Part shown: piece by piece, positions 26,727 through 43,871 of the stretch
How positions within the stretch are numbered: the first letter of the stretch is position 1
Layout of the letters: each line of letters starts with the position of its first letter
NCBI GenBank assembly: GCA_963575745.1
Contig: CAUYUJ010000002.1
Span: forward strand, 1,240,001-1,304,000
DNA from: Prorocentrum cordatum
Taxonomy: Eukaryota
Direction: 5' to 3'
DNA: 64,000 bases
Position numbers and translations under genes: made by a program
Notes under the pieces: generated by a model
Seen by the model: only the letters and a program-made list of their open reading frames with translations
What the model was told of the DNA's origin: nothing
Database searches by the model: none

Positions 26727-27856
26727 CTCCCCGGCGGCCCCGGGGGCGCGCTGCTCGAGCGCGGCGCGCTCGGGGGGCGCGCTCACGGGCGGGGTGCTGT
26801 CGTGTTCGTCCTGCCCCTCCTCTCGTCTTCGCTGCTCCGCCTCAGCTGCGAGACACCTCGGCGGAGCGGACACGGCTCGCGGAATCGCCCAAAACACCCG
26901 CTGAGGTCGGCCCCTGCCAGGGGGGTGGGCCCACGCCTCCGGCCAGCCTCAGCGCCCCGTCAGCGTTGGCCCCAACATGAGAAAGGGAGGGCCCCCCCCC
27001 GTCCTCGGAGGGGGGGAAACTGCGCTCCCGGCGGCGGAACATGTACGATCCCCTTCGGCATTGTGACCCCCTGCCAGCGTGTTAGCTTCTGCTGCCTGCG
27101 ATGATCCGCGTGACGTCGAAAAACGCGGCTCCGGCGATCTTGGGCCGCTGAAAACTTCTCGATGCACAAACGATCGATCCGAGCCCCGCTCGAGAATTGG
27201 GGGTGCCAAAACCGTGTGGTGACAGACCCGGCGGTGACCTCGAAATCCGCAAAGACCTCACCGCGCGGTCAGTCACCACACGGTCTCGCGACCCTGGAGG
27301 TTCCAAGTCGCCCGAGACACCCTCGGAGAACGACCCGGGTCCCAAGACCGCGCGGTGACCCCGGATCCCCATCGACTCACCACACGTTGTGGTGGACTAA
27401 CTCCCACAATCTGGGCGAGAACGGGCGAGTATGATACCCCCTGCCGGCTCCCGCTGGGGGTTCTAGAGCGAGCGCCTCGGCCGATCCACGCAACCGCAAC
27501 CTTCCCCACGATCTGGGCGCGAACGGGCGAGCGGAATCCCCCTTGTGGCAGCTCCCCCGGCGGGGTGTTAAAAGTTTCTCGACGCGAATCCTGAATCCCC
27601 GAATCCTCACCCCGTCGGGGGCCCCGCTCGAGAACCCACCCCCGCCCAACCGCGATGGCCCAGAGGCCCACGGGCGGCCCGAGGGCCCAGCACCCGAGCC
27701 AACGACCCTCACTCCCCCTGCTCTGGCCTCCCTCCCTCCCCCTACCTGTCGGCTCCTCTTCCTCCTCCTCCTCCTCCACCTCTTCCTGGTCCTCCTCGTC
27801 CTCCTCGTCCTCCCCGTCCTCCTCCTCCTCCTCCTCCTCCTCCTCCTCCTCCTCCA

Positions 27857-27888
<32 letters not shown>

Positions 27889-27988
27889 NNNNNNNNNNNN
27901 NNNNNNNNNNNNNNNNNNNNNNNNNNNNNNNNNNNNNNNNNNNNNNNNNNNNNNNNNNNNNNNNNNNNNNNNNNNNNNNNNNNNNNNN
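27889..27988. other. Assembly gap (100 N)
   Basis: N run next to a TCC array. Confidence 1.
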
Positions 27989-28482
27989 GATGACGCCACA
28001 AAAGGAACGCTGAGGCGAGCGCGGCGAGCGCGCGATTTCGGTCCGGCGGGACGGGCGCCGGAAGAGGGGGGCAGGAGGGAGGAGGAGACAGGAGGCAGAG
28101 GAAGAGGAGGAGGCAGGAGGAAGGAGGGAGGAGGGAACGGGGAGGAGGGGAGGAGGCGGGAGGAAGAAAGAGGAGGAGAAGGGAACATGAGGAGGAGGAG
28201 GATCAATCAATCAATCAACCATTGCGAGCCTCTGTCACTCAGCAGTCCTGGTGACCTCTGCAGGCTCTTGGATGCGAACTATCGCCTACCAGCGGCCGAC
28301 GCTGGAAGGATGGCCCTCTCTGGCCGAAGCGGGACCGCTGCAAGGGGAACGCCCAGCGGCCCGCACGCGGCACCATCCTTCGTGAAAGGAACAAGCACGG
28401 GCGGACAGAGCAGGGGAAGGAGGGAGGACAAGTGAGCAAGGTCGCAACGCGTCTCACTTCTCTCTTGCAATATGGAAAACCC

Positions 28483-28908
28483 CGAGCCTGGGCGGCCCGC
28501 ACTGCCGCGGCCCGCACTGCCGCGGCCCGCAGCGGACTGGTAAAGAAATGCCCCGCCAGATTTTGATTCCCGTTGCTCTGTGTCTACAGGCGACCCCAAT
28601 GCCAGAGTCACTCTGCTGGCGGCAGGGGATTGGGGTGGAGATATCTACTAGCGGCACGATTGCTCTGATTCGGCACTGTCTCTACATTGACTTCTCGAGC
28701 CTGGCCGGCCCGCACTGCTGCGGCCCGCACTGCCGCGGCCCGCAGCGGACTGGTAAAGAAATGCCCCGCCAGATTTTGATTCCCGTTGCTCTGTGTCTAC
28801 AGGCGACCCCAATGCCAGAGTCACTCTGCTGGCGGCATGGGATTGGGGTGGAGATATCTACTATCGGCACGATTGCTCTGATTCGGCACTGTCTCTACAT
28901 TGACTTCT
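28483..28908. repeat. Near-perfect tandem duplication, 2 x 213 bp
   Basis: CGAGCCTGG...TGACTTCT at 28483-28695 and 28696-28908. Confidence 0.95.
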
Positions 28909-31900
28909 ATTCTGCGCACCTGCTCACTACGCTGCTGGAACTCTTCAAATGACATGATGGCGGGGGGATCTGCACTGCCAACCTGATGCAACAAGACACT
29001 GCGACTGCCGTTAAAATACCTGAGGATGGGGTGGTGGACGCGGGCCTGCAGGGCCTGTAATTGTATGCCCGTGAGGCGGCCTTCCCTATACATCTCTGCC
29101 ATACGCTCAGATCCGTTCACTGCTTCAAGACGCAACGGCCTCAGAACCCCTCCCCGTCCTGGTCGCTGTCTACCTCGATGGTCTGCCTGTCGCTCTCGAT
29201 CCCCATGCGCTTGAGCAGCCTCTCCGCCTCTCTCTCCAGCGCCCCCTTGGGGGGTCCGCCCGCTTTGTACTCCCCGCCCTGCTTGAGGATTGCCATGCAG
29301 AAGGCCTGGTGGAGCGGGATCGTGTTGGTCTGGTCGGAGGTGTTCCTCACTCCATTGACCTGGGAGTTGGGGCTCATCATGAACTGCAGCTTGAACCTGG
29401 TCGGCTTGTCGTCCTTCTTGCGGTCGTACCAGCAGCCCTTGATGCGCAGGAACCTGATCTGCTCCTGCAGCTGGATCAGGCCCTCCTCCTTGCTGAGGCT
29501 CGTGATCACCCCCCAGTAGGTCTTGAACGCCTTGATCGACGGCTCGTCCAAATTCGTCATCTGGCAGAAGTGCTTCAGGAGAGCCAGGAAGACGTGCGGC
29601 CACGGGGGGCCGTTGCCGTGCTGCTTGCCCTTCTTCTTGCAGTCCTGGGCGCAGGCCTTGCCCGCCTGCTGCATGATGCCGATCAGCGGGGCGCCCGCGG
29701 GGAGCAGAAAGCACGTGAAGCAGGCGCCTGTGAGGTCGGCGAGCTCCCTGGAGTTCGTGATACTGAGCTTCGTGAGGATGGCGAGCAGCGCCTTGAAGTT
29801 GCCCATCTTGAGCCCGTCGCGCTTGACCTGCTCGGCCAGCCGCCCCTTCTTGTTCTCCTGGGCGTCCGAGGTGTCGTCCAGCTCCTTGCGCTTGTTGGCC
29901 GTGCCGATGATCATCCAGTCTGGCGCTGCCGCCATCTCCGAGCCTCCTGCTGCCTCTTGCTCGTTGGGCCTCGCCGCTGCTGCCGCGCCCTCTCCTGGCA
30001 TCGTCGAGCGCTGGGAGGTGGAGAAAATGCGTACGGATGTGGGCTCGCAGCGGAGCCCCAGCAAGTATTTGAGCCTTACACAATGGGCACTCATCAGTGT
30101 TGTCCTGGCCTGGATGTTTGAAGGTCGTACTTCTTTGTGTGACGCATATACCCGTTTCGAAGGAGTCGATGAGGTGCTTATAGACCGAGTTACGGCTCTC
30201 GAAAACGCTCTCGCAGACAAAACATACATTAGAAGTAACTGCCAGACCAAGGATAGATCTGAACTCATGCCCCCTGCTGAGGTGAACCAATAACTGCCTG
30301 GAGGTATGGAAAGAACGAGTACATCCTGGTACTGAACATGGTAACATATCTCCTGCTGCTTGTGGCGGGTCGGGTCGTGATTCCTGAGGCTGAGGATGAG
30401 CATATCCAGGAGGGGGGATAGCTACACTTAACCACTAAGCTCGCAACTTCTTTGGGTCAAACTGGGTGAACCATTCGACTAAGCTCTCGTCCTGGAATAT
30501 TCTCATTGGACTGCTATCAAATTCTTGTACATGTTCATATTCGTCATCTCCTAAGTCAGCCAGGGAGTTAATATCTGATATTACTCTACGAGCCCAGGGG
30601 CAAGCATCTTCTGTAAGACGCTCGTCCTGTCCAACGATCTGCACTCCTCTCTGCGACTCGATTTGCATGGTGCCAAACAAAGCTGCCCATTCTGCCAGGT
30701 GACGATCAGGTTGTTGAACCCAGCGCTGATACCACTTGATACGCCGTGCGCGCAGTTCGATCTCAAGTGGTGCCATCTTCCAGTACCTACAAACCTCTTC
30801 GTTACTGATCGAAACCTTATGCCCGTTCTGCTCCTTAGTGGCCAGCCCTCGCATAGCACGTCTAGCATACATATTTACTCTGCTCTGCAATCGCTGTAGT
30901 TGAGCAGGCGTTGGGAGGAAAGCCTCGACGCCTGATAACGCAGACCCTAGGACACGACATAGGAAGACAGCACGTCGTTCAACATAAGGGACTCGTGCCT
31001 GGTACCAGAATCTCCCCATACTGTGATAACCAACATCAATGGCCCTAAGCCTATTTTCCAGTTCAGAAGAGAAAGCTCCATCACCTCTAACGATACTACC
31101 CAGGTACTTAGCAGAATCTTTGGGTTGTCCAGCTAACCTAATATTGCCAGTCCGTATTTGTTTTCTGCAGTTCTGAGCTTGATCCCCAAAAAGTGCAAGC
31201 ACTGTTTCATTTTTTGTTGGGTTAAGTTGATAGTTGTGTTCAGTCAGTCGTCGCGATAACAAATCATCGTACTGCAAGGACTGCCTGCTGACCTCCTGCG
31301 CCAAGTCTGTCGTCTGGTCCGCAATAAGTAACTTCTTGGCGGCATCATCTACATATGAATGAAATGATAGGTCCATAACCATCTCCTGATCATCATCTGC
31401 TGGGAGCCTGACCGTGCACCACGTAGCTGTTTCGTCCTGGGAGTTATGATGATCCTGCTGTGCTCGCGCGAAGACCCCTCCTATGTCTCGTGTGAATACC
31501 TTAACTACCCAGGGATCTCCTTGTAGCGCTCCAACCGTAGGCTTGGCGAAAAAAAACCCATCCAGCCCCGAGAAACACACCGTGGATAACTGCAGCCTCT
31601 GGACCCCAAACCTAGCCTCCCCCTCCTTCATGATGCTCTGGTTGGCCTCCAGGATAGCCTCACGAGAACTGCTACCGAACGCGTTCGTGATGTCCTTATG
31701 CTCCGTGACATGCCGTATCCCTAGCCTCCTAAGCCTCCATCCAACTGACTGCTGGATCATGATGGCCGTCTCGCGGCGCCTCCTGGGAACACAACCGTGG
31801 GCGAACTCGGGTTCCTGGGTGATCTGCACTGGGTCCAGGCTGGTGGCGATGAAGGCTTTGCCAAAGGGGCACAAAACGTGTATGACCCTCTTCCAATTAG

Positions 31901-33826
31901 TGGCCACCCCCATCGACAAGCTCCAGACTGCTGGTGGCTGACTACTTCGATATATCTTATGTACAAATATCACCAGGAATCGCCTTAGAGCACGCAGATC
32001 AAGGTCTGGAGCCTGATAACCTACACCTCGGAACCTCCTCGACGTACGCCGGTACGGGTGGAACAGCATCCAGAACACTTCTATAGGAAGGGACCAGGGT
32101 GGCGACGTTCTTCGTTTGGCAGCCCTGCGCAGGTATTGTCCTATCAGCTTCAATTTTTGTCGAGCCCATTCCAGGCCCTCCTGGGTCCAGGGGGAAGTAA
32201 ACTGCTGAGCCTCCAATCCGTGATCAGGGTGATAAACGTAGTCATCGATCATCTGGGGCCAGTCGACTATCTCTGCCTGCATCCCTCCCTCCCCTGAAGA
32301 CAGCTGGAAGCGAGCGTAGAGGTCCGCCGCCGTCGGCATCAGCTCGGTGGCCCGACGGTAGTTCCTCTTCCGAGGTCCCGTTCCTCGTCCCGACAGCAGC
32401 CGACACAACCTCGCGACCTCTCCCTGCCGATTCTGAGACCGTGCTGCGAGCAAGTCCGAGGTGAGGTCCCGACGCCAGAGGACAACGTAACGTCTGCGTA
32501 GCCTCCTCAGCTCCCTGCTCCTCCTCCTGAGCTCCTCCTTGATGTTCTGCTGCTGCTCCTCGTCCTGCTGCTGCCCCAACTGCTCCCTCATGTCCCTTCT
32601 CTGTTGCAGCAATTGTTTGACCTCCTGGGACCGTTCGCGATAACCTGGAGAATACTCTGGAGTAGCAGTAAAAAACCTGGATGCTTCCTGGTTAAGGATG
32701 TTGACAAAGTAACCCCATTCTGCATTCGTAGTCTGTTCGTCTCTCTGAAGAGTCTCGATGTCATGTTCAGCAGCAAGAAGCCGTGATTCAACTGCCTGTA
32801 AAAATTCCGCTCGCTGGGCCCCAGTCCGAAGTGCATCCCCTAACGCTTCCTTGTTCCACTTGTGCGTGGTGGGGACAAGGCCGAGCCTCTGGTGAGTGGG
32901 GATCTGGTTCGGGAGGCAGAGAACATCAGCTAACGAGTACGATATTCTGACATGTACTGGGATATGATCTCGTGGGTCGACAGTGTGGCTAGTTGTAACC
33001 TTCGTGCCATTCTTCGTAGTGGGCCAGCGGCCGTAACATTAGGTAGGCAACATTGCGGTAAGCACACAAAGTCGAGTTGTGAGCTGTTGCGTGCGTTCCC
33101 ATAGAAGGTTGGTCCAGCTCCTTTGTGGGTGTTGACAGCAACTAGATCAAGGTCCTGTAACATAGCCAGCACAACGTCAGCTGAGTATTTTTGTTTAACA
33201 GGCGTAACTGCCGTCCCGATGGCGGGGTGACGTACTGGAAGCCATTCATCACTGCCTGACCGACGTTGTAGTCCAAAGCCTGAGTTAACATCCGCACATA
33301 ATACTGGAACACATCTGTGGGTGCCCCATATTGGTAACTGCCTGGCCCACTGGATTAGCAAGTCACATGTCTTGTAGTAGGTTGTGATCTGCTTGGAGTA
33401 ATTGGGGACGGGCGGAAAGTATAAGCAGACGACCGCAACGTCATAGCTTCGCGCTCTTGCACGCAATGCCACTCCACGCCCAGCTAACGAGGGAGGAGCA
33501 CACCAGGTATGAGTTACTGACCTGCGGGAAATCCTGGGACCTAACAGGATGCCACAACCTGCAGACTTATTTGTAAGTGGTCCCCTCTGCCACCCTGCCT
33601 CCAGCATCCACCTATCTCCCGCTCTCCTCCAACCCACCGCCTCCCCATGCCTCTTGCTGCCCGTGCCAGTCAACCCGATGAAATCCATGTTGGGGGCCTG
33701 GGCGGCGATATCGGTGAGCCGATCGGAGGTGGAGGCCGACTGGGGGTTATACTGCAAGAAAGAGAGGCTGTTCATACCGTTGATGGCCGTCCAGCCGCTG
33801 AGGAACAGTAGGAAGCGGGAGGCCAT
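28821..33826 (-). pseudogene. pol of family B: APE endonuclease + RT + C2H2-like zinc fingers
   Basis: APE (QYNPQS, GCGIL, LYFPP, ADVNS, QLDFV, RDHIPV); RT (DITNAF, GALQGDP, SYVDD, KYLG); CSVPGC..HLSRGH, CFVC..KHL, CPLC..HIRTH. Only two lesions seen: a frameshift near 32990 and an in-frame TAG at 30435. Confidence 0.9.
29141..30001 (-). CDS. Downstream ORF of family B retroelement (286 aa, function unknown, possibly gag/ORF1-like)
   Basis: Intact ATG-to-TGA ORF with strong GC3 codon bias, unlike pol; helical and basic; apparent homologous remnant at 48093-48620. Confidence 0.8.
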   Translation of the reverse strand: MPGEGAAAAARPNEQEAAGGSEMAAAPDWMIIGTANKRKELDDTSDAQENKKGRLAEQVKRDGLKMGNFKALLAILTKLSITNSRELADLTGACFTCFLLPAGAPLIGIMQQAGKACAQDCKKKGKQHGNGPPWPHVFLALLKHFCQMTNLDEPSIKAFKTYWGVITSLSKEEGLIQLQEQIRFLRIKGCWYDRKKDDKPTRFKLQFMMSPNSQVNGVRNTSDQTNTIPLHQAFCMAILKQGGEYKAGGPPKGALEREAERLLKRMGIESDRQTIEVDSDQDGEGF

Positions 33827-34171
33827 TAGAAGAAAACCAAGGTGGGAGAAGAATGAACCATTCTAAGCGTCTTAGGTGTGGTAGGCTTCATTGTTCAATG
33901 TGGAAGTGAGGGAAGCGCCTGTGCCGAGACGCTTAGGAGGAGGAGGAGGAGGAGGAGGAGGAGGAGGAGGAGAGGAGGAAGAAGAGGAGGAAGATCGGCC
34001 CACCGAGGGTGCGGAGACGCGGCAGCTCGACCCAGAACGGCCCTGGGATGACTGAGCCCCTTGGCTGGGCCGATGACTACGCCTCCTGGGACGAGTCTGC
34101 AGGGGCCAAGGCTTGGCCGAAGCAGGAGGGAGCGGGATGCGAAGGGCACACCGAGGGGAGCAAGACGCTGC

Positions 34172-34220
34172 CTCGAGCGTCTTCTTGCCGTCGATGCCGG
34201 CACACTTCTTCAGGTTGCCC
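34172..34220 (-). CDS. SET-domain protein, exon 7 (GNLKKCAGIDGKKTLE)
   Basis: SET IDG/IDA motif; TAG|G acceptor; GAG|GC donor. Confidence 0.85.
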
Positions 34221-35164
34221 CTAGCGGGGGGGGGGGGGCAACGACGACTGGACGATCGACACCCGCAGAGGTGCAGCGCCCATCCCCATTGGCTTGGCTT
34301 TGTTCCTGCTGGCCGACTCCACCGCCAGGTGGGGATATTTGCTGTTCCCTCTGGGTTTCGCAGGACCTGCCTCCACCTGGAGGGTGGGCCAGGGGGGGGG
34401 CTGAGATACCATGGCCCAGTGGAGATGGGGATCGGTTCGACGATGGGGAAGAAGAGGACTACAGGAGGGAAAGGGCAAAGGATTATCCAGATGAGGGCGA
34501 CGTGGAAGGTGAGCGGGAGGAGGAGCGGAGGTCCGCGCGGATTTACTAGCTCGGCGCTGGACTGCACAGGGGGGCGCCAGGGGCGGCGCTGGAGGAGCCG
34601 TCAAGGGGGCCCAACGCCGATCCAGAAGATCCGCGCAGATCTCCGAACGTGTATGTCCATATGGGTGACGAAAAGACGCGGGTCTTACGCAAGTTGGCAC
34701 AGCGACCTTACGCCGCGGCTTACGCGGCCGCCAGCGCGGCAAGCCTCATTGGAGTCGAGTGCGCTTACGCGCGACTTTACGCGGGCAGCTTACGCGCAAT
34801 GTCGGCGAAAACGACCCCGTTTCCATCCTCCGCTAATATGTCGGCCTTCCCCATCCGTCTCCTACAAATTATCCTGCCTGCCTCCGCGGCCGCGCCTCCT
34901 TCTCCCTCCAGCTGCTCATGTGCAACTCGCTAGACCCATCTGCCTCGAATTGCCACGACCACAGACATGCCGTGAAAACCGCGACCACGATGTGCTACGA
35001 GGCCCTAGGTGGCGTCCGAACCAAGACACCAGCTCGGATGTCCTGGACGTGCGTAACAAGCCAGGCTTCGCGTAGCATCGGAGGAACACCGCAGCGAAGA
35101 GACAGAAGGCACACACAGACGTCAGCAGACCGCGAGAACAAGGCCCCTCGCCTCCACCTCGGCA

Positions 35165-35196
<32 letters not shown>

Positions 35197-35224
35197 CTCC
35201 TCCACCTCCTCCTCCTAGCATTGG

Positions 35225-41269
<6,045 letters not shown>

Positions 41270-42545
41270 CGAATCCTCCTCCTCCTCCGCCTCCTCCTTC
41301 TCCTCCGCCCCCGCCTCCTCCATCGCCTCCATCGCCTCCATCGCCTCCTCCTCCTCCTCCTCCAACTCCTCCTCCTCGTCCTTCCCGACGCGGAGGATGC
41401 AAGGCGAGTCCCCCCGCGGGCTATGCGTCGGCGCGCGGGGCACCTGGCGCCAGCGCCTCGTTTGGGGCCCCACACAACCAACCCGATTGGGTCAAACATG
41501 CTGGCCTTCGCTCGACCGCCACCGGTGCCGTCGGAGGCCCTCGGTCCAAGACATTCCCGTTCCAGCGAGTGCCTTCGGCCTGTCGCTGACGCCTCGGACT
41601 GCGCTGTTTCCGCCTCCGCGCGGGCACACGCTGGCATGGACTACGGCGTCGTGGAGGGTACCCCCCAGAGCATGAAGTCGGTGCCGCCTGGTCTGGCGAC
41701 GCAGCGCGCCCATGTTGCATGGAAGTGGGGCCCGTCGCAAACCCAAGCTTAGTCAATGTCTGCGTTCCCTGGATCCGACTCCGCCTTCTTCGGGCGTGCA
41801 CTAAAATCGGGCTCGGCTCAATGTCTGCTCAACCAGTTTAGGAAAAACTGCACTGCACTCTTTTGAGCAGGAGCCGACCGTCTCGGCATTCCTGTAGGCC
41901 TAACACGAACTGTTCTTAGAACCCGAGCATTTTCTACGAACAAACACAGTGTTCTTAGAACATCAACCCGATGTGCTAAAACAAGACCGTCCGCCAGAGA
42001 TGCTCTAAGAACGTTTCGTGGAAACCACAGAAGGCTCCTAGAACATTGTTTGGTAGGCCTATAGTCACGCCAAACGCTTCGCCACTGCTCGAGTCTTAAC
42101 AGACCCGACTCATCCAATATGCAAAACCACATCCAGGGCCGCGAGCTTCTTCCAACCCAGGGTCAGCCAAAGTTTGGCGCGGCAAGGTCCTCCAGGATCT
42201 GGCGCTCTGGCTGAGCCCATTTTGCGCTGAACCCCGTTACCCGTTCATGAATCCTCCTCATTCTCCTGCTCCTGCTCCTGCTCCTCCTCCTCCTCCTTCT
42301 CCTCCTCCTCCTCCACCTCCTCCTCCGCCTCCCCCGGCAACCCTAGGCAACCCTGAGGGGCAACGTTAGGGGGGGGGGGGACTGGCTCAGGAGGGGAAAC
42401 ACCGAGCTGGGGTCTGCGATACGTCGCCGATGGACCGGCGATGGACCCCAGATAGCAGACCCGCACGGTCCTGGGAGGGGCGCGCTACCGTGCCCAAATA
42501 GGCGATGCATGAGCAATTAGGTGTCGATGCCTCCCCCCCCTGAGC

Positions 42546-42705
42546 TCAGGTCGGGCAGGTCCACCTGCAAGGGGATTTTGGAAGAAAATTACAACGTGCC
42601 CCTAAAATACTCCCAAATTGCCAAACCTAAGTTTTAACAAATCGTCCCCAGACTCTGTTTCCCTATTTCTGATTATTCCTCCTGAAGAGGGACACGCCCG
42701 ACTGA
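42546..42705 (+). mobile_element. MITE family 1, diverged full copy
   Basis: Both TIRs are recognisable. Confidence 0.7.
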
Positions 42706-43159
42706 ACCCTGAGCCTGTCCCCGTTGCCCCTTGGTGTTCAGGGAGGCGCAGCCGCTGGGAGGCATCCCGAGGCTGGAAGGCCGCCGAGAACCGACGAAGA
42801 CGTCCAAAATACCTGCAGCCTCGAAGCCTCGAAAAATGGAAGCCTCGAACCTCGAAGCCTCGAAATACCTGCAGCCTCGAAGCCTGAAGCCTCGAGCCAC
42901 GATGCCTCGAGCCTCGTCCCCGCTGCCCCTCGAGCCTCGAAACCTCGAACCCTCGATGATGCGTTTCTCAAAGGGGCGCCAGCGGAAGGGACTTCTGAGA
43001 CCGCGGCGTTGCATCTGAGGCTTCGAGGTGCAAGTGAAGACGTCGTTCGACGACCTTGCGGGCGAAACCGAGCGGACTTGAGACATCGGCATCGCCCGTC
43101 TCAAGAGTCCCTCTCCCTGGGGTCCGCTTGGGAACCACATGACTCGAAGCCTCTCGTCC

Positions 43160-43335
43160 GATCTGGGAACCTCGGGGATCTACTGGCCTGGGTCAATCCA
43201 GACCCGGGCCAGTCAGGCCGTGCACCTGCTGGATCCTGCAGGATCCTGCGCCCAAGCCCAGGTCAATGCGACCCTAGCTCTGCAGGATCCTGCAGGATCC
43301 GGCGCTCTGGCTGACCCCCGTTTGCATTGACCCCC
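43160..43335 (+). repeat. Dispersed repeat family 4 (GGATCCTGCAGGATCC...GGCGCTCTGGCTGACCCCCG); also 58135-58335 and partial at 42155-42245
   Basis: Shared terminal sequence and internal subrepeats. Confidence 0.75.
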
Positions 43336-43389
43336 GTCTCTTGAGCCCCGAGAACCTCGGGGGTTCCAGCGCCGATCCTGTGCCCTCGC

Positions 43390-43730
43390 CATCGCTCGGA
43401 CGTGTCCTTCCCCCGTGCATCTGTCAGTTCTGTGCGTTTTTGTTCTGCTCGGTGATGCAGAATGCTCCTCGATGGTCGCCGCCGAGAGACATTTGGGGGA
43501 GCGAGAACTCGCATAAACATAAAAACTTGGAGGTCCGCGCGGATTTCTCGGATCCGCGCTGGACCCCCCTCCGTGGCGCGCGGAGCGCGCCAGGGGCGGC
43601 GACGGAGGCGCCCCGCCAGGGGGGTCCAGCGCGGATCCGAGAAATCCGCGCGGACCTCAAAGTTTTTATGTTTATACCATTCTTCGTCCGAGTCCCCCCC
43701 AGAGAGAGAATTGCACACGTCCGAGCGATG
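43390..43730 (+). mobile_element. MITE family 3 (TIR CATCGCTCGGACGTGT) containing a nested foldback; empty copy at 59453-59574
   Basis: 16-bp TIRs; flanks align with the uninterrupted copy. Confidence 0.8.
43491..43702. mobile_element. Foldback/MITE family 2 (arms ...GGTCCGCGCGGATTTCTCGGATCCGCGCTGGACCCC...)
   Basis: ~55-bp near-perfect inverted arms; relatives at 26400-26590, 34528-34660 and 56936-57115. Confidence 0.85.
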
Positions 43731-43827
43731 CCAAGCGAAGCCTCTCGCCCGATCTGGAGGCTTCTGAGCTCCCGGTGCCCCGAGGGAGGAGGGGCGCCGA
43801 GAGAGCGGGGGGCGAGAGAGGCGGCGC

Positions 43828-43871
43828 CGCGAGAGCAGGAACAGGTAGCTGCCGTCCCGGAGCCGCCGGAC
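43828..43871 (-). CDS. SET-domain protein, exon 6 (VRRLRDGSYLFLLS-R)
   Basis: SET SYLF motif; CAG|G acceptor; CG|GC donor; phase fits exon 7. Confidence 0.85.

Larger units (their letters stand above)
28202..33936 (-). mobile_element. Near-intact non-LTR retrotransposon, family B (~5.7 kb), inside (TCC)n
   Basis: 5' hairpin, APE-RT-ZnF pol, overlapping downstream ORF, 2 x 213-bp repeat and (TTGA)n tail; TCC repeats on both flanks. Confidence 0.9.

Noticed and set aside
28483..28908. Hammerhead ribozyme / Penelope pseudo-LTR
   Set aside because: No CTGANGA...GAAA core seen, and the element encodes APE rather than GIY-YIG.
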